A stretch of 64,000 bases of DNA from Gammaproteobacteria bacterium (GCA_027013145.1 JALUXX010000056.1:88975-152974); one strand, 5' to 3'; positions 1 through 11,564 are shown, counted from the stretch's first letter. Notes: generated by a model not told the origin, from the letters alone. Numbers and translations: made by a program.

Positions 1-95
1 GACGCAACCCGCAGACGGGCGAAACCATCCGGATCAAGGCCGCGAAGATCCCGAGCTTCAAGGCTGGCAAGGCCCTCAAGGATGCCGTAAACTGA
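1..95 (+). CDS. hupB: DNA-binding protein HU-beta, C-terminal fragment. The gene starts upstream of the window.
   Basis: Frame 3 translates to [30 protein letters not shown], the conserved HU C-terminus. The hupB-tRNA-ppiD order matches known enterobacterial synteny. Confidence 0.8.
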   Translation, partial: RNPQTGETIRIKAAKIPSFKAGKALKDAVN

Positions 96-281
96 CGGCT
101 TGTCGACGAGGTCCGAAGCGGGCTCCTCGACACGTCGCGCCCGGCACGGGTCCGTGCGCGGATCCGCCGAATCAAGTACTTCCGTATTTGATTCGGCGTG
201 CGGGGTGCTCGCCCCGCATTGGCGGGCGGTTGATCGACGGCCCGCCGATCGGCCGCTCGGAACGGTGGATATACCGTCCGG

Positions 282-357
282 GGGTGCTTAGCTCAGTTGG
301 GAGAGCGTCGCCCTTACAAGGCGAAGGCCGGGGGTTCGAACCCCTCAGCACCCACCA
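282..357 (+). tRNA. tRNA-Val (anticodon TAC)
   Basis: 76-nt cloverleaf GGGTGCTTAGCTCAGTTGGGAGAGCGTCGCCCTTACAAGGCGAAGGCCGGGGGTTCGAACCCCTCAGCACCCACCA. Anticodon loop is CTTACAA. Acceptor stem pairs, T-loop is TTCGAAC, 3' CCA is encoded. Confidence 0.9.
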
Positions 358-369
358 AGCCGTACATTC

Positions 370-446
370 GGAGTGGTAGTTCAGCTGGTTAGAATACCGG
401 CCTGTCACGCCGGGGGTCGCGGGTTCGAGTCCCGTCCACTCCGCCA
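370..446 (+). tRNA. tRNA-Asp (anticodon GTC)
   Basis: GGAGTGGTAGTTCAGCTGGTTAGAATACCGGCCTGTCACGCCGGGGGTCGCGGGTTCGAGTCCCGTCCACTCCGCCA. Anticodon loop is CTGTCAC. Near-identical to the canonical bacterial tRNA-Asp. Confidence 0.9.
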
Positions 447-457
447 TCCAGTCGGCC

Positions 458-492
458 CGGAAAGGGCGCCTTCGCAGGCGCCCTTTCCGCTT
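458..492 (+). terminator. GC-rich hairpin following the tRNA pair, a putative intrinsic terminator.
   Basis: ggaaagggcgcc-ttcgca-ggcgccctttcc is a perfect 12-bp stem. The downstream tail is only weakly U-rich. Confidence 0.45.
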
Positions 493-589
493 TCGCGCCG
501 GCGGGTTATGGTAGGCGCGGCGCGCGGGGATGCGGTGCGGTTTGCGGTCCCGCGCACCGGGTCGATTCGTTCCCACGGAGCCCGATAGT

Positions 590-2506
590 ATGCTGCAGAC
601 GATCCGAGACCGCGCCACCGGGTGGTTCGCCTGGTTCGTGGTGATCCTCATCTCCGTCCCCTTCGCCCTGTGGGGGATCAACCAGTACTTCGGGCATTCC
701 GGAGAGGCCGACGTCGCCAAGGTCAACGGAACGGAGATCACCCTGCAGGCGTTTCAGCAGCGCTACGAGCAGGAGCAGGCGCGCCTGCAACAGCAACTGG
801 GGCCGCGCTATGCGGAACTCGTCAACGACAAGACGCTGCGCAAGCAGGTGCTCCAGCGGATGATCGACGAGACGCTGCTGGTGCAGGCCGCCGCAAAGGC
901 GGGTTTCCGCATCGGTGACCAACTGCTCGCCGCCGAGATCCACGGCATCCCGGCCTTTCAGGGCAAGAACGGGTTTTCGACGCAGCGCTACCAGCAGGTC
1001 CTGAGTTCCCAGGGCATGACCCCGTTCACGTTCGAGCCGAGGTTTCGCCGTGCACTGTTGATCGCGCAGGTGGAGAACGGCATCTCCGGATCGGCGTTCG
1101 CCACGCCGCTCGAGGTCGACCAGTTCATCCGGCTGGTGGGGCAGAAGCGCGATTTCTTCTATCTGACGATCCCGCTCGCGCGTTTCGAGGCCAAGGCGCC
1201 GATCGACGAGGCGAAGATCCGCGCCTACTACGACGCTCACAAGGACCGCTTCATGCGCCCCGAAGAGGTGGCGCTCAATTACCTGGACCTCGATGTCGCG
1301 AAGCTGGCGCGGAAGATCCCCGTCGACGAGCAGGCGTTGAAGAACCTCTATCAGCAGGAGGCCCAGCGTTTCGTCACGCCCCCCGAGCGGCGCGTACGTC
1401 AGATCCTCATCCGCGTCTCCAAGGGCGCCGACGCGAAGGCGGTGGCCAAGGCGCGGGCGCTGGCGGAGAAGCTGCTGGGCGAGATCCGCCACGGGGCCTC
1501 CTTCGCGAAGTTGGCGAAGAAGTATTCTCAGGATCCAGGCAGCGCGGCGAAGGGCGGGGATCTCGGGTTCATCACACCCGGAACCACTGTGCCGGCGTTC
1601 GACAAGGCGGCGTTCGCCATCAAGAAGGTCGGTGAGGTGGTGGGGCCGGTGCGCAGCTCCTTCGGCTTCCACATCATCCAGCTCGAAGCGGTGCGCCCCT
1701 CGCACGCGATCCCGTTCGCCCGGGTCAAGGACGAACTGGCCGCGCAGTACCGCCGGCGCAAGGCGGAGGACCGCTATTACGATCTCGCCAACCGGCTCAC
1801 CAACCTGACCTATGAACACCCCGATACGCTGGAGATCGCGGCCACGAAGCTCGGCCTCGAGGTGCTCCATACGGGGCTGTTCTCGCGCCAGGGGGGCGTC
1901 GGTATCGCGTCCAATCCGAAGGTCGTGCATGCGGCGTTCTCCTCGGACGTTCTCGAGGGCAACAACAGCGATCCGATCGAATTGGGCCAGAATCGCACGG
2001 TGGTGATCCGCCTGCGCGAACACAAGCCGGCTGCGCTGCGGCCGCTCGCCGAGGTTCGCAAGCAGGTGGAGGAGGATCTGCGGCGCCAGTACGCCACCGA
2101 GCAGGCGCGCAAAATGGCGCAGATGCTGCTCGCGAAACTGCGCGCCGGGGAGCCCGTCGCCGGGCTTGCAAAGGCCTTCGGCCTGAAAGTGAAGGAGGTG
2201 CGGGCCGCGACGCGCCGCGATACCGGCGTGACGCCCGGCGTGCTCGATGCCGTCTTCAACCTGGCGCCGCCGCCGAAGGGGGGCGCCCGCTACGCCTCGG
2301 TGGCGCTCCCTGCCGGCGGATATGCGGTTCTCGGGGTCACGGGGGTGACCGACGGCGATCCGGCGACGGTCGCTGAGGCACAGCGATCCGGCGAGCGGCG
2401 CGCCCTGGCGCGGATGTATGGGCAGAGTGAATTCGCGGCCTTCCTGAGCGACCTGCGGCGTCACGCGAAGATCGAGATCGAGCGGCAGCAGTTGGACGAA
2501 CAGTGA
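590..2506 (+). CDS. ppiD: Periplasmic folding chaperone / peptidyl-prolyl isomerase PpiD
   Basis: N-terminus MLQTIRDRATGWFAWFVVILISVPFALWGINQYF is the PpiD membrane anchor. A parvulin-like PPIase region lies near residues 280-380. The ATG at 590 was chosen inside the longer ORF. Position after hupB and the tRNAs matches known synteny. Confidence 0.85.
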   Translation: MLQTIRDRATGWFAWFVVILISVPFALWGINQYFGHSGEADVAKVNGTEITLQAFQQRYEQEQARLQQQLGPRYAELVNDKTLRKQVLQRMIDETLLVQAAAKAGFRIGDQLLAAEIHGIPAFQGKNGFSTQRYQQVLSSQGMTPFTFEPRFRRALLIAQVENGISGSAFATPLEVDQFIRLVGQKRDFFYLTIPLARFEAKAPIDEAKIRAYYDAHKDRFMRPEEVALNYLDLDVAKLARKIPVDEQALKNLYQQEAQRFVTPPERRVRQILIRVSKGADAKAVAKARALAEKLLGEIRHGASFAKLAKKYSQDPGSAAKGGDLGFITPGTTVPAFDKAAFAIKKVGEVVGPVRSSFGFHIIQLEAVRPSHAIPFARVKDELAAQYRRRKAEDRYYDLANRLTNLTYEHPDTLEIAATKLGLEVLHTGLFSRQGGVGIASNPKVVHAAFSSDVLEGNNSDPIELGQNRTVVIRLREHKPAALRPLAEVRKQVEEDLRRQYATEQARKMAQMLLAKLRAGEPVAGLAKAFGLKVKEVRAATRRDTGVTPGVLDAVFNLAPPPKGGARYASVALPAGGYAVLGVTGVTDGDPATVAEAQRSGERRALARMYGQSEFAAFLSDLRRHAKIEIERQQLDEQ

Positions 2507-2552
2507 GGGTGGTGCGCGCCGCCGCCTGCCCGGCGCGCGCTCGCGGGGTGCG

Positions 2553-3857
2553 ATGCGCCTGAAGCTGCACTGGCAGATCCTGCTGGCCATGCTGCTCGCC
2601 GCGGCGGCGGGTCTCTGGAGCGGCACCACCGGCGGTGTCTTGGGGATCAGTTTCTACGCGGTCTACGACTTCGTCGGGACCCTTTTCCTCAACGCGCTGA
2701 AGATGCTGATCGTTCCCCTGGTGGTCTCGTCGATCATCTGCGGGATCGCCGGCATCGGATCGGGGGAAGGCCTCGGCCGTCTCGGCGGGCGTACGCTGCT
2801 CTACTATGCGGTGACCAGCCTGCTCGCGATCCTGGTCGGGCTGGCGATGGTGAATCTCGTCACCCCGGGGCTGATCGACGGCCGGCCGGCGAGCGCGTCG
2901 ATCGGCCTGCATGCGCCGCCGGCCGAGGTGGCCGCGCAGATGGGTGGGCGCGGTGCGGCCGATCTCGCCGGCGTGTTCCTGCGCCTGATCCCGGACAACG
3001 TGTTCGCGGCCGCCGTGCACGGACAGATGCTGGGGCTGATCTTCTTCAGCCTGCTGTTCGGGTACTTCATGATGCGGGTCGAATCGGGCGTGTCCGAGAC
3101 CCTGCAGCGCTTCTGGCAGGGAGTGTTCCGGGTGATGATGCGCATCACGGATCTGGTGATGCGCTTCGCCCCGCTGGGGGTGTTCGCGCTTGTCGCCAAG
3201 GTGGTCGCGGGGACCGATCTCGGGCAGCTCGGCGGGCTGCTGTCGGTCCTGATCCGTTTCGTGGTCACGGTGCTGGCGGCGCTCGCGATCCACTTTCTGG
3301 TCGTGCTCCCGCTGCTGCTGCGTCTGATCGGCCGCGTCCGTCCCCGGCGCCACTACCGCGCGATGGCGCCGGCGCTCCTGACGGCCTTCTCGACCGCTTC
3401 CTCCTCGGCGACGCTGCCGCTGACGATGGAGTGCGTCGAGAAGAACGCCGGCGTCTCGAATCGGGTCAGCAGCTTCGTGTTGCCGCTCGGGGCGACGGTG
3501 AACATGGACGGGACCGCGCTCTACGAGTGCGTGGCGGCCCTGTTCATCGCTCAGGCCTACGGCGTGCACCTCGGTGCGGCGGCGCAGTTCACGGTGGTGG
3601 CGACCGCGCTGCTCACCTCGGTCGGCGTGGCGGGGATCCCGGCGGCGAGCCTCGTGGCCATCACGATCATCCTGGCGGCGGTGGGCCTGCCCGCCGAGGG
3701 GATCGGCCTGATCCTGGCCGTGGACCGGATCCTGGACATGTCGCGCACCGCGGTCAACGTCTTCAGCGACTCCTGCGGGGCGGTGATCGTCGCCCGCCTG
3801 GAGGGCGAGCGGGACATCCTGGAACCGGCCGGCGCGCCGGTGGAAGGCGGGCGCTGA
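2553..3857 (+). CDS. Dicarboxylate/amino acid:cation symporter (DAACS family, GltP/DctA-like)
   Basis: 434-aa polytopic membrane protein with typical DAACS N-terminus ([22 protein letters not shown]) and conserved C-terminal re-entrant loop region ([25 protein letters not shown]). Confidence 0.8.
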   Translation: MRLKLHWQILLAMLLAAAAGLWSGTTGGVLGISFYAVYDFVGTLFLNALKMLIVPLVVSSIICGIAGIGSGEGLGRLGGRTLLYYAVTSLLAILVGLAMVNLVTPGLIDGRPASASIGLHAPPAEVAAQMGGRGAADLAGVFLRLIPDNVFAAAVHGQMLGLIFFSLLFGYFMMRVESGVSETLQRFWQGVFRVMMRITDLVMRFAPLGVFALVAKVVAGTDLGQLGGLLSVLIRFVVTVLAALAIHFLVVLPLLLRLIGRVRPRRHYRAMAPALLTAFSTASSSATLPLTMECVEKNAGVSNRVSSFVLPLGATVNMDGTALYECVAALFIAQAYGVHLGAAAQFTVVATALLTSVGVAGIPAASLVAITIILAAVGLPAEGIGLILAVDRILDMSRTAVNVFSDSCGAVIVARLEGERDILEPAGAPVEGGR

Positions 3858-3872
3858 GGGCCGCGGGCGTAT

Positions 3873-4667
3873 TCAGCCGGTCTCGAGGCCCGCGCCGACA
3901 CCGACCATGTGATAGCCGGCGTCGACATAGAGGATGTCGCCGGTGATCCCGGTGGCGAGGTCCGAGCACAGGAACGCCGCGGCGTTGCCGACCTCCTCGA
4001 TGGTCACGTTGCGCCGCAGCGGGGAGCTGCGCTCGGCGTAGTCGAGCAGGCGGCGGAAATCGCCGATTCCGGCCGCGGCCAAGGTCTTGATGGGTCCGGC
4101 GGAGATGGCGTTGACGCGGATCCCCTCGGGGCCGAGGCAGTTGGCCATGTAGCGCACGTTCGCCTCCAGGCTCGCCTTGGCAAGGCCCATGACGTTGTAG
4201 TTGGGCATCGCGCGCTGGGAGCCGAGATAGGTGAGCGTGAGCAGCGCCCCGTTGCGCCCCTGCATCATGTTCCGTCCCGCCTTGGCGAGCGCCGCGAAAC
4301 TGTAGGAGCTGACGTCGTGGGCGACCCGGAAGCCCTCGCGGGTGATCCCGTCCAGATAGTCTCCCTGGAGCTGTTCGCGCGGGGCGAAGGCCACCGAATG
4401 CACGATGATGTCGACGTGATCCCAGTAGTCGTCGAGGCGTTCGAACGCGGCCTCGATCTGCTCGTCGCTGGTGACGTCGCACGGGATGACGATGTCCGAA
4501 CCGCACTCCCCGGCGAGCTTCTCGGCGCGGTCCTGGAGCTTTTCGCCCTGGTAGGTGAGGGCCAGCTCGGCGCCCTCCCGCCGCATCGCCTGCGCGATGC
4601 CCCAGGCGATCGAGCGGTTGCTCGCCAGGCCGGCGATCAGGGCGCGCTTTCCGGTCAGCAGTCCCAT
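3873..4667 (-). CDS. fabI: Enoyl-[acyl-carrier-protein] reductase (NADH) FabI
   Basis: [40 protein letters not shown]... matches FabI, including the catalytic Y...K region. Start trimmed to the ATG at 4667 inside the longer ORF. Confidence 0.9.
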   Translation of the reverse strand: MGLLTGKRALIAGLASNRSIAWGIAQAMRREGAELALTYQGEKLQDRAEKLAGECGSDIVIPCDVTSDEQIEAAFERLDDYWDHVDIIVHSVAFAPREQLQGDYLDGITREGFRVAHDVSSYSFAALAKAGRNMMQGRNGALLTLTYLGSQRAMPNYNVMGLAKASLEANVRYMANCLGPEGIRVNAISAGPIKTLAAAGIGDFRRLLDYAERSSPLRRNVTIEEVGNAAAFLCSDLATGITGDILYVDAGYHMVGVGAGLETG

Positions 4668-4821
4668 GTCGTTTTCCCTGCGGCGCGGGCGGGCGGAGCG
4701 CCCGCCCGCGCGTCGTGTGCTATTGGATGGTCGCGCGTCACTGCGGTAAGGTACCGGAATTCCCGATTCCGGGGAAGGGGCCGCGCATGGAGAGGGTCGT
4801 GACGGGGCGTGGACTGCGGGT

Positions 4822-7047
4822 GTGCCGCAAGGCGTGCGACGCGCGCGCGTGACCGGTGCGGTTCGCGGAGCGGTGCGCGGGTACGGCATCCGGGTCCTGT
4901 GCGCGCTCCTGGTCGCCGTCGCGCTGGGCGGTTGCGGGAAGACGCCGTGGAACGATCCCTATCCCGCCGCGGATGCGCGCGCGAACGTTCTGTATGCGGC
5001 GTTCTCGGAGCGGCCGAAGCATCTCGATCCCGCGCGTGCCTACAGCGCCAATGAATACGAGTTCATCGCCCAGATCTACGAGCCCCCGCTGCAGTATCAA
5101 TACCTGGATCGCCCCTATCGCCTGGTACCGCTGAGCGCCGCGGCCATGCCGGAGGTGACCTATCTCGACGCGCACGGCCGGGCGCTGGCGCCGGGCGCGC
5201 CGGCACGGCGCATCGCCTATACGGTCTACCGGATCCGGATCCGGCGCGGTATCCGGTATCAGCCGCATCCCTGCTTCGCGCGCGGGCCCGATGGACGGCC
5301 CTTGTATCTCGATCTCAAGCCGGGCGCGCTCGCCGGGATCCGCACGTTGTCCGGGTTCCGCCATACCGGTACCCGCGAGTTGACGGCGGCCGACTTCGTC
5401 TACGAGATCAAACGGCTCGCCGACCCGCGCCTGCACTCGCCGATCTTCGGCCTGATGAGCGGCTACATCGTCGGGCTGAAGGGGCTGGAGCGGCGGCTGG
5501 CGAAGGTGCGCCGCGACGATCCGCACGGCTATATCGATCTGTCGCGCTACCCGCTCGCGGGTGCCCGCGTGACCGGACGCTATACCTACGAGATCACCAT
5601 CCGCGGCAAATATCCCCAGTTCCGCTACTGGCTGGCCATGCCGTTTTTCGCGCCGGTGCCGCCGGAGGCGGACCGGTTCTATGCGCAGCCGGGGATGGCG
5701 CGGCGCAACATCACGCTCGACTGGTATCCGGTCGGGACCGGCCCCTATATGCTGACGGAGAACAACCCCAACCGGCGCATGGTGCTCAGCCGCAACCCGA
5801 ACTTCCACCCCGAGACCTACCCGCGCCACGGCGCCCCCGGCGACGCCGCCCAGGGGCTGCTGAAGGACGCGGGCAGGAGGCTCCCGTTCGTCGACCGGGT
5901 CGTCTTCAGTCTCGAGAAGGAGAGTATCCCGTACTGGAACAAGTTCCTGCAGGGATACTACGACATGTCGGGGATCTCCTCGGACAGTTTCGATCAGGCG
6001 GTACAGATGGGCGCCCAGGGGCAGGCCCGGCTCACGCCCGCGATGCGCGCCAAGGGCATCCGGCTGCGCACCAGCGTCGTGCCCGCGATCTACTACATGG
6101 GTTTCAATATGCTCGATCCGGTCGTCGGCGGCTACGACGCGCGGGCGCGCGCCCTGCGCCGGGCGATCTCGATCGCCGTGGACGAGGAGGAGTACATCGC
6201 CATCTTCCGCAACGGGCGCGGCATCCCGGCCCAGGGGCCGATTCCCCCGGGCATCTTCGGCTACCGCAGCGGGCGCGCCGGCATCGACCCCTACGTCTAC
6301 GACTGGGTCGACGGACACGCCCGGCGCAAACCGATCGCCGCCGCGCGCGCCCTCCTGGCCCGCGCCGGCTATCCCGGGGGCGTCGACCGCCGGACCGGAG
6401 AGCCGCTGACCCTGTACCTGGACGTCGCCTCGTCCTCGGGCCCCGACCAGCAGGCACTGCTGGACTGGTATCGCAAGCAGTTCGAGAAGCTCGGCGTCCA
6501 GCTCGTCGTGCGCAGCACCTTCTACAATCGCTTCCAGGACAAGATGCGCAAGGGTACCGAGCAGATCTTCCTCTGGGGTTGGAACGCGGACTATCCGGAC
6601 CCGGAAAACTTCCTGTTCCTGCTCTACGGCCCCAACGGCAAGGTACGGCACGGCGGCGAGAACGCCGCGAACTACGACAATCCCGAATTCGACCGCCTGT
6701 TCGACCGGATGAAGGACATGGCCGACGGGCCCGAGCGCCTGGCGATCATCGACCGTATGGTCGCGATCGCGGATCGCGACGCCCCGTGGGTGTGGGGTTT
6801 CTATCCGAAGGAGTTCCGGCTCTACCAGGCGTGGGACCACAACGTGAAACCCAATCCGATGGCGAACAACTCCCTGAAGTATCTGCGCATCGATCCCGAC
6901 CTGCGCGCCCGGCTGCGCGCGCGCTGGAACCGGCCCGTGCTCTGGCCGCTGCTCGCGATGGCCGGACTGGGCCTGCTGTTTATCGCCCCGGCGGTGATCA
7001 CCTACCGGCGCAAGGAGCACCGGCCGCCGCGTCGCGGGCCGGATTGA
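4822..7047 (+). CDS. yejA: ABC transporter periplasmic substrate-binding protein, family 5 (YejA / oligopeptide-microcin C-type). Lipoprotein-like signal peptide.
   Basis: Signal and lipobox [16 protein letters not shown], large cluster-C SBP fold, followed by yejB-yejE-yejF-like genes. The exact start is uncertain and an in-frame GTG downstream is possible. Confidence 0.7.
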   Translation: MPQGVRRARVTGAVRGAVRGYGIRVLCALLVAVALGGCGKTPWNDPYPAADARANVLYAAFSERPKHLDPARAYSANEYEFIAQIYEPPLQYQYLDRPYRLVPLSAAAMPEVTYLDAHGRALAPGAPARRIAYTVYRIRIRRGIRYQPHPCFARGPDGRPLYLDLKPGALAGIRTLSGFRHTGTRELTAADFVYEIKRLADPRLHSPIFGLMSGYIVGLKGLERRLAKVRRDDPHGYIDLSRYPLAGARVTGRYTYEITIRGKYPQFRYWLAMPFFAPVPPEADRFYAQPGMARRNITLDWYPVGTGPYMLTENNPNRRMVLSRNPNFHPETYPRHGAPGDAAQGLLKDAGRRLPFVDRVVFSLEKESIPYWNKFLQGYYDMSGISSDSFDQAVQMGAQGQARLTPAMRAKGIRLRTSVVPAIYYMGFNMLDPVVGGYDARARALRRAISIAVDEEEYIAIFRNGRGIPAQGPIPPGIFGYRSGRAGIDPYVYDWVDGHARRKPIAAARALLARAGYPGGVDRRTGEPLTLYLDVASSSGPDQQALLDWYRKQFEKLGVQLVVRSTFYNRFQDKMRKGTEQIFLWGWNADYPDPENFLFLLYGPNGKVRHGGENAANYDNPEFDRLFDRMKDMADGPERLAIIDRMVAIADRDAPWVWGFYPKEFRLYQAWDHNVKPNPMANNSLKYLRIDPDLRARLRARWNRPVLWPLLAMAGLGLLFIAPAVITYRRKEHRPPRRGPD

Positions 7048-7062
7048 GGAGTCCACGGCGCC

Positions 7063-8040
7063 ATGCTCGCCTATATCGTCCGCCGCATCCTGTACGCGAT
7101 TCCGATCCTGATCGGGGTGAACGTCATCACCTTCGCGCTGTTCTTCGCCGTCAATACGCCGAACGACGTGGCGCGCATGCAGTTGGGGGTCAAGCGGGTC
7201 ACGCCTCAGGCGATCGAAGAGTGGAAGCGGGAGCACGGTTACGACAAGCCGCTGTTCTACAACGCCGCCCGCAGCGGTCTCGCCAGGCTGACCGACACGA
7301 TCTTCTTTCAGAAGTCGGTGCGCCTGTTCGCCTTCGATTTCGGTCGTTCCGACAGCGGCCGGGACATCGGCGCCGACATCCGCCAGCGCATGTGGCCGAG
7401 TCTCGCGATCGCCGTTCCGGTATTCATCGTCGGCCTGCTCACCAACATCACCATGGCGCTGCTGATCGTGTTCTTCCGCGCGACCTACCTCGAGGTCTCC
7501 GCGGTCGTTCTTACCGTGGTGATGATGTCGATCTCGAGCCTCTTCTATATCATCGCCGGTCAGTTCCTGATCGGGAAGCTCATGCATCTGGTGCCGATTT
7601 CGGGCTATTCCGGGGGGCTGAGCGCGTTCAAGTTCCTCGTGCTTCCGGTCGCGGTCGGGGTGATCTCCGGGATCGGGTCGGGCACGCGCTGGTATCGCAC
7701 GATCTTTCTCGAGGAGTTCGGCAAGGACTATGTGCGCACGGCGCGCGCCAAGGGGCTCTCGGAGCTGCGCGTGCTGTTCCGCCACGTGCTCAAGAACGGA
7801 ATGGTCCCGATCCTGACGGGCGCGGTGGTCATCCTGCCGCTGCTGTTCACCGGCAACCTCATCCTCGAATCCTTCTTCGGTATCCCGGGCCTGGGCAGCT
7901 ACACCATCGACGCCATCCAGGGCCAGGACTTCGCCATCGTGCGCTCCATGGTGTTTCTCGGCTCGGTCTTCTACATCGTCGGACTGCTCCTGACCGACAT
8001 CTCCTACACCCTCGTGGATCCGAGGATCCGCCTGCGATGA
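7063..8040 (+). CDS. yejB: ABC transporter permease (DppB/YejB-like)
   Basis: MLAYIVRRILYAIPILIGVNVITFALFF is the typical N-terminus of DppB-family permeases. Six TM segments and an EAA-like loop are present. Confidence 0.8.
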   Translation: MLAYIVRRILYAIPILIGVNVITFALFFAVNTPNDVARMQLGVKRVTPQAIEEWKREHGYDKPLFYNAARSGLARLTDTIFFQKSVRLFAFDFGRSDSGRDIGADIRQRMWPSLAIAVPVFIVGLLTNITMALLIVFFRATYLEVSAVVLTVVMMSISSLFYIIAGQFLIGKLMHLVPISGYSGGLSAFKFLVLPVAVGVISGIGSGTRWYRTIFLEEFGKDYVRTARAKGLSELRVLFRHVLKNGMVPILTGAVVILPLLFTGNLILESFFGIPGLGSYTIDAIQGQDFAIVRSMVFLGSVFYIVGLLLTDISYTLVDPRIRLR

Positions 8041-8071
8041 CCCGAACGACGGCGCGCAACGGGGTGGGGCG

Positions 8072-9490
8072 ATGGTGAAGCCGGTCTTCCTGTGGACCGA
8101 CACGCTGCTCTATGTGCTGGTCGCGGCGGTGGCGGTGCTGGTGTGGTACGTGCGCCGGCACGAACACCTGCGGGCGCCCTGGCGCGAGGTCTTCCGCAAC
8201 CGGATGGGGGTGGCGGCGATGGTCGTTCTCGCCGCCTACGTGACCGTTGGGCTGCTCGACTCGGTGCACTTCCGGTTGCCGCTGGAGTCCTCCGCGGCGG
8301 GCGGGGAACGCTACTCGGGGCAGGTCCTGAGCGTCCTCGATCTGCTGCTCACCCCGCTGCGCACGCACCAGGAGGAGACCTATTCGGCGCCGCTGGCGAC
8401 ACGACTCTATTCCAAGGAGACGGTGCGGCTCCCGGACGGGCGTGACGTGCGCATCTACCCGCGGTTGCGCTTCGGCGGCGCGCAGTTGCGCGATCCGGCC
8501 CGTGACCGGCTCCCCGACATCGAGCGCACCATCCTGCGCGGCGTCGGCTTCGCGCTGCTGGTGTGGGGCGCGCTCGCGGCGGTCGTGATCCTGGTCCTGG
8601 CGCGCCGTCACCGCTGGGCGCCGCGCGCCGCGCTGCAGCGGGTGCTGGCGGGGCGTACCGACTACCCGGTACACGTGGCCCTGTATACCGCCGGCGCGTT
8701 GATCCTGTTCGCCTCGGTGACCGGGCACCTGGCGGTGCACTATCACGTCTTCGGGACCGACAAGGTGGGGCAGGACGTTTTCTACGAGACCCTCAAGAGC
8801 ATTCGCACGGGGCTGGTGATCGGCACGCTGACCACGCTCGTGATGCTGCCGCTGGCGATCGTGCTCGGCATCACCGCCGGCTATTTCCGCTCCTGGGTCG
8901 ACGACGTGATCCAGTACATCTATACGACCTTGAACTCCATCCCCGGGGTGCTGCTGATCGTGGGGGCGATCCTCATGCTGGAGGTCTACATGGCGAACCA
9001 CCCGGGGGATTTCCAAACGGTGATCGCACGCGCCGACCTGCGCCTGCTGTTTCTGTGCATCATCCTCGGGATCACGAGCTGGACCGGGCTGTGCCGCCTG
9101 CTGCGGGGGGAGGCGCTGAAGCTGCGCGAGCTCGACTACGTGCAGGCCGCACAGGCCTTCGGCGTGGGACACACGAAGATCCTCGCCCGGCACATCCTGC
9201 CGAACGTGATGCACATCGTACTCATCACGGTGGTGCTGGACTTCAGCGGGCTGGTGCTGGCCGAGGCGGTCCTGACCTATGTCGGCGTGGGCGTCGATCC
9301 CACCACCTATAGTTGGGGCAACATGATCAACGGGGCACGCCTGGAGCTGGCACGCGATCCGGTCGTGTGGTGGTCGCTGGCGGCGGCTTTCCTGTTCATG
9401 TTCGGTCTGGTACTGTCGGCCAACCTGTTTGCGGACGCCGTGCGCGACGCCTTCGATCCGCGCGCCGGCGGCGGGCGGCGGGGGGGGTGA
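8072..9490 (+). CDS. yejE: ABC transporter permease (DppC/YejE-like) with a long N-terminal extension
   Basis: C-terminal 300 aa match DppC/YejE permeases (ITSWTGLCRLLRGEALKLRELDYVQAAQAFG). The ~130-aa N-terminal extension means the true start may lie downstream. Confidence 0.75.
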   Translation: MVKPVFLWTDTLLYVLVAAVAVLVWYVRRHEHLRAPWREVFRNRMGVAAMVVLAAYVTVGLLDSVHFRLPLESSAAGGERYSGQVLSVLDLLLTPLRTHQEETYSAPLATRLYSKETVRLPDGRDVRIYPRLRFGGAQLRDPARDRLPDIERTILRGVGFALLVWGALAAVVILVLARRHRWAPRAALQRVLAGRTDYPVHVALYTAGALILFASVTGHLAVHYHVFGTDKVGQDVFYETLKSIRTGLVIGTLTTLVMLPLAIVLGITAGYFRSWVDDVIQYIYTTLNSIPGVLLIVGAILMLEVYMANHPGDFQTVIARADLRLLFLCIILGITSWTGLCRLLRGEALKLRELDYVQAAQAFGVGHTKILARHILPNVMHIVLITVVLDFSGLVLAEAVLTYVGVGVDPTTYSWGNMINGARLELARDPVVWWSLAAAFLFMFGLVLSANLFADAVRDAFDPRAGGGRRGG

Positions 9491-11541
9491 TGGCGGACGT
9501 ACTGCTGGAGATCGAGGACCTCGAGGCACGCATCGGTGCCGGTCCGCGCGCGGTGCGCGCCGTCGACGGCGTGAGTCTGCGCATCCGCCGCGGCGAGACC
9601 TATGCCCTGCTGGGCGAGTCCGGCTGCGGCAAGTCGATGACGGCGCTCTCGATCATGCGCCTGCTGCCGGCGCCGGCGGGGCGGATCACCGGCGGGCGGG
9701 TGCTCCTGGACGGGATCGATCTCCTCGGCCTGTCCGAGGCGCGGATGCGCGCCGTGCGCGGCGGGCGCATCGGCATGATCTTCCAGGAGCCGATGACCTC
9801 CCTCAATCCGGTCCTGACCGTCGGCGAGCAGATCGCCGAATCGGTGCGGATACACCGGGGATTGCGGGGCGGGGCCCTGCGTGGCCGCGTGCTGGAGTTG
9901 CTCGACGCGGTCGGCATCCCGGATGCGCGCCGGCGCGCGGGCGAGTACCCGCATCAGCTCTCGGGCGGCATGAAGCAGCGGGTCATGATCGCCATCGCCC
10001 TGGCGGGCGAGCCCGAGCTGCTGATCGCCGACGAACCGACCACCGCGCTCGATGTGACCATCCAGGCCGAGGTGCTGGAGCTCCTGCGGCGGCTGCGGGC
10101 CGAGACCGGCATGGCGCTGCTGCTGATCACGCACGATCTCGGCGTGGTCGCGCAGACCGCCGACCGCGTCGGGGTCATGTACGCCGGGCAGCTCGTCGAG
10201 GAGGCGGCGCGGGCGCCGTTCTTCGCCGATCCCCGCCACCCCTACAGCCGCAAGCTGTTCGACTCCGTGCCCACGATGGCCAAGCGTGCGCGGCCGCTGG
10301 CCGTCATTCCCGGTTCGGTGCCGGAGCTGACCGCGACGTTCTCCGGTTGCCGCTTCGCCGAGCGTTGTGCCCGCGCCTGGGACGCCTGCCGCGAGCGCGT
10401 CCCGCAGTGGCACCGGGTCGCCGACGGTCACGGCGTGCGTTGCCACCTCTACGATGCGGCGCTGGTCGCCGGCGCTCCGGGCGCCGCGGTTTCCGCGGAT
10501 GCCGCTGCGGATGCGGACACCGCGGCCGCTGCACCCGCGCCGGAGGCGGGGGGTCACGGACCCGGCGGCGCGGACCTGCTCCGGGTGCGGGACCTCGCGG
10601 TGCATTTCCCGGTCCGGTCGGGGTTGTTCGCGCGCACGCGCGCCAAGGTGTATGCGGTGGACGGCGTCTCGCTCGCCGTGGGCGTGGGCCGCACGGTTGC
10701 CCTGGTGGGCGAGTCGGGCTGCGGCAAGACCACAGTGGCGAAGGCCATCCTGCAGCTCATCCGCCCCACGGCGGGGAGCGTGCGCTTCGACGGCGTGGAG
10801 TTGACGGCGCTGCGCGGGCGCGCGTTGCGTGCGCGCCGGCGCGACTTCCAGATCGTCTTCCAGGATCCCTATGCCTCGATGAATCCCCGCATGCGCGTGG
10901 GCGAGATCGTCGAGGAGGGCATGGCCGCCCTCGGGCTGGTCGCCGATCGCGCGGCGCGCCGCCGCCGCGTCGCCGAGCTGCTCGCGCAGGTCGGCCTCTC
11001 GGAGCCGGCGCTCTCCCGCTACCCGCACGAGTTCTCCGGCGGGCAGCGCCAGCGCATCTGCATCGCACGCGCCCTGGCGGTCGATCCGCGGCTGATCGTG
11101 TGCGATGAGCCCACCAGCGCGCTCGACGTCTCCGTGCAGGCCCAGATCCTGAACCTGCTCAAGGGACTCCAGGACCGGCTGGGACTGTCCTATCTGTTCA
11201 TCACCCACAACCTCTCGGTGGTCTCCTACCTCGCCGACGAGATCGCCGTGATGTATCTCGGCCGCATCGTCGAGCACGGACCGGTGTCGGCCGTGCTCGC
11301 CGCGCCGCGCCACCCCTATACCGAGGCCCTGCTCGCGGCGGTCCCGACCCTCGAGGCCGGGGCGCACCGGCCGGTGATCCGGCTCGAGGGCGATCCGCCT
11401 TCGCCCGTGGATCCGCCCCCCGGCTGTCACTTCCAGCCGCGCTGTCCGCGCGCGATGCCCGTGTGCCGCGAGCGCTACCCGGTCGGGACCGTGGTGGGTG
11501 CCGGCCACGAGGTCCGCTGTCACCTCTACCCGGGCGCTTGA
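9490..11541 (+). CDS. yejF: Fused two-domain ABC ATPase (YejF-like) of the peptide/microcin C importer
   Basis: Two Walker A motifs (GESGCGKS and GESGCGKT), two LSGG signatures, and C-terminal oligopeptide-ABC domains. An Ala/Asp-rich linker separates the halves. Start set at the ATG at 9490 ([16 protein letters not shown]), which overlaps the yejE stop. Confidence 0.85.
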   Translation: MADVLLEIEDLEARIGAGPRAVRAVDGVSLRIRRGETYALLGESGCGKSMTALSIMRLLPAPAGRITGGRVLLDGIDLLGLSEARMRAVRGGRIGMIFQEPMTSLNPVLTVGEQIAESVRIHRGLRGGALRGRVLELLDAVGIPDARRRAGEYPHQLSGGMKQRVMIAIALAGEPELLIADEPTTALDVTIQAEVLELLRRLRAETGMALLLITHDLGVVAQTADRVGVMYAGQLVEEAARAPFFADPRHPYSRKLFDSVPTMAKRARPLAVIPGSVPELTATFSGCRFAERCARAWDACRERVPQWHRVADGHGVRCHLYDAALVAGAPGAAVSADAAADADTAAAAPAPEAGGHGPGGADLLRVRDLAVHFPVRSGLFARTRAKVYAVDGVSLAVGVGRTVALVGESGCGKTTVAKAILQLIRPTAGSVRFDGVELTALRGRALRARRRDFQIVFQDPYASMNPRMRVGEIVEEGMAALGLVADRAARRRRVAELLAQVGLSEPALSRYPHEFSGGQRQRICIARALAVDPRLIVCDEPTSALDVSVQAQILNLLKGLQDRLGLSYLFITHNLSVVSYLADEIAVMYLGRIVEHGPVSAVLAAPRHPYTEALLAAVPTLEAGAHRPVIRLEGDPPSPVDPPPGCHFQPRCPRAMPVCRERYPVGTVVGAGHEVRCHLYPGA

Positions 11542-11564
11542 GGCCTGCGCGAGCCGTTGACGGC

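Noticed and set aside
506-2629. 707-aa minus-strand ORF fully overlapping ppiD, and similar long antisense ORFs (4738-8103 minus; 9307-11523 minus; 2337-3569 minus; 13063-14829 plus; 17718-19244 plus; 20240-21457 plus; 22389-24158 plus; 42080-43273 minus; 47438-48868 minus; 59347-61017 minus; 60849-62099 minus).
   Set aside because: Stop codons are rare in high-GC DNA, so long open frames arise antisense to real genes. These translate to Arg/Pro/Gly/Ala-rich low-complexity sequences with no domain signatures, and each is covered by a confidently identified gene on the other strand.
3873-4889. Full-length 338-aa version of the fabI ORF with a 74-residue Pro/Arg-rich N-terminal extension.
   Set aside because: FabI homology begins exactly at [13 protein letters not shown]. 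The extension is translated intergenic GC-rich DNA, so the start was set to 4667.
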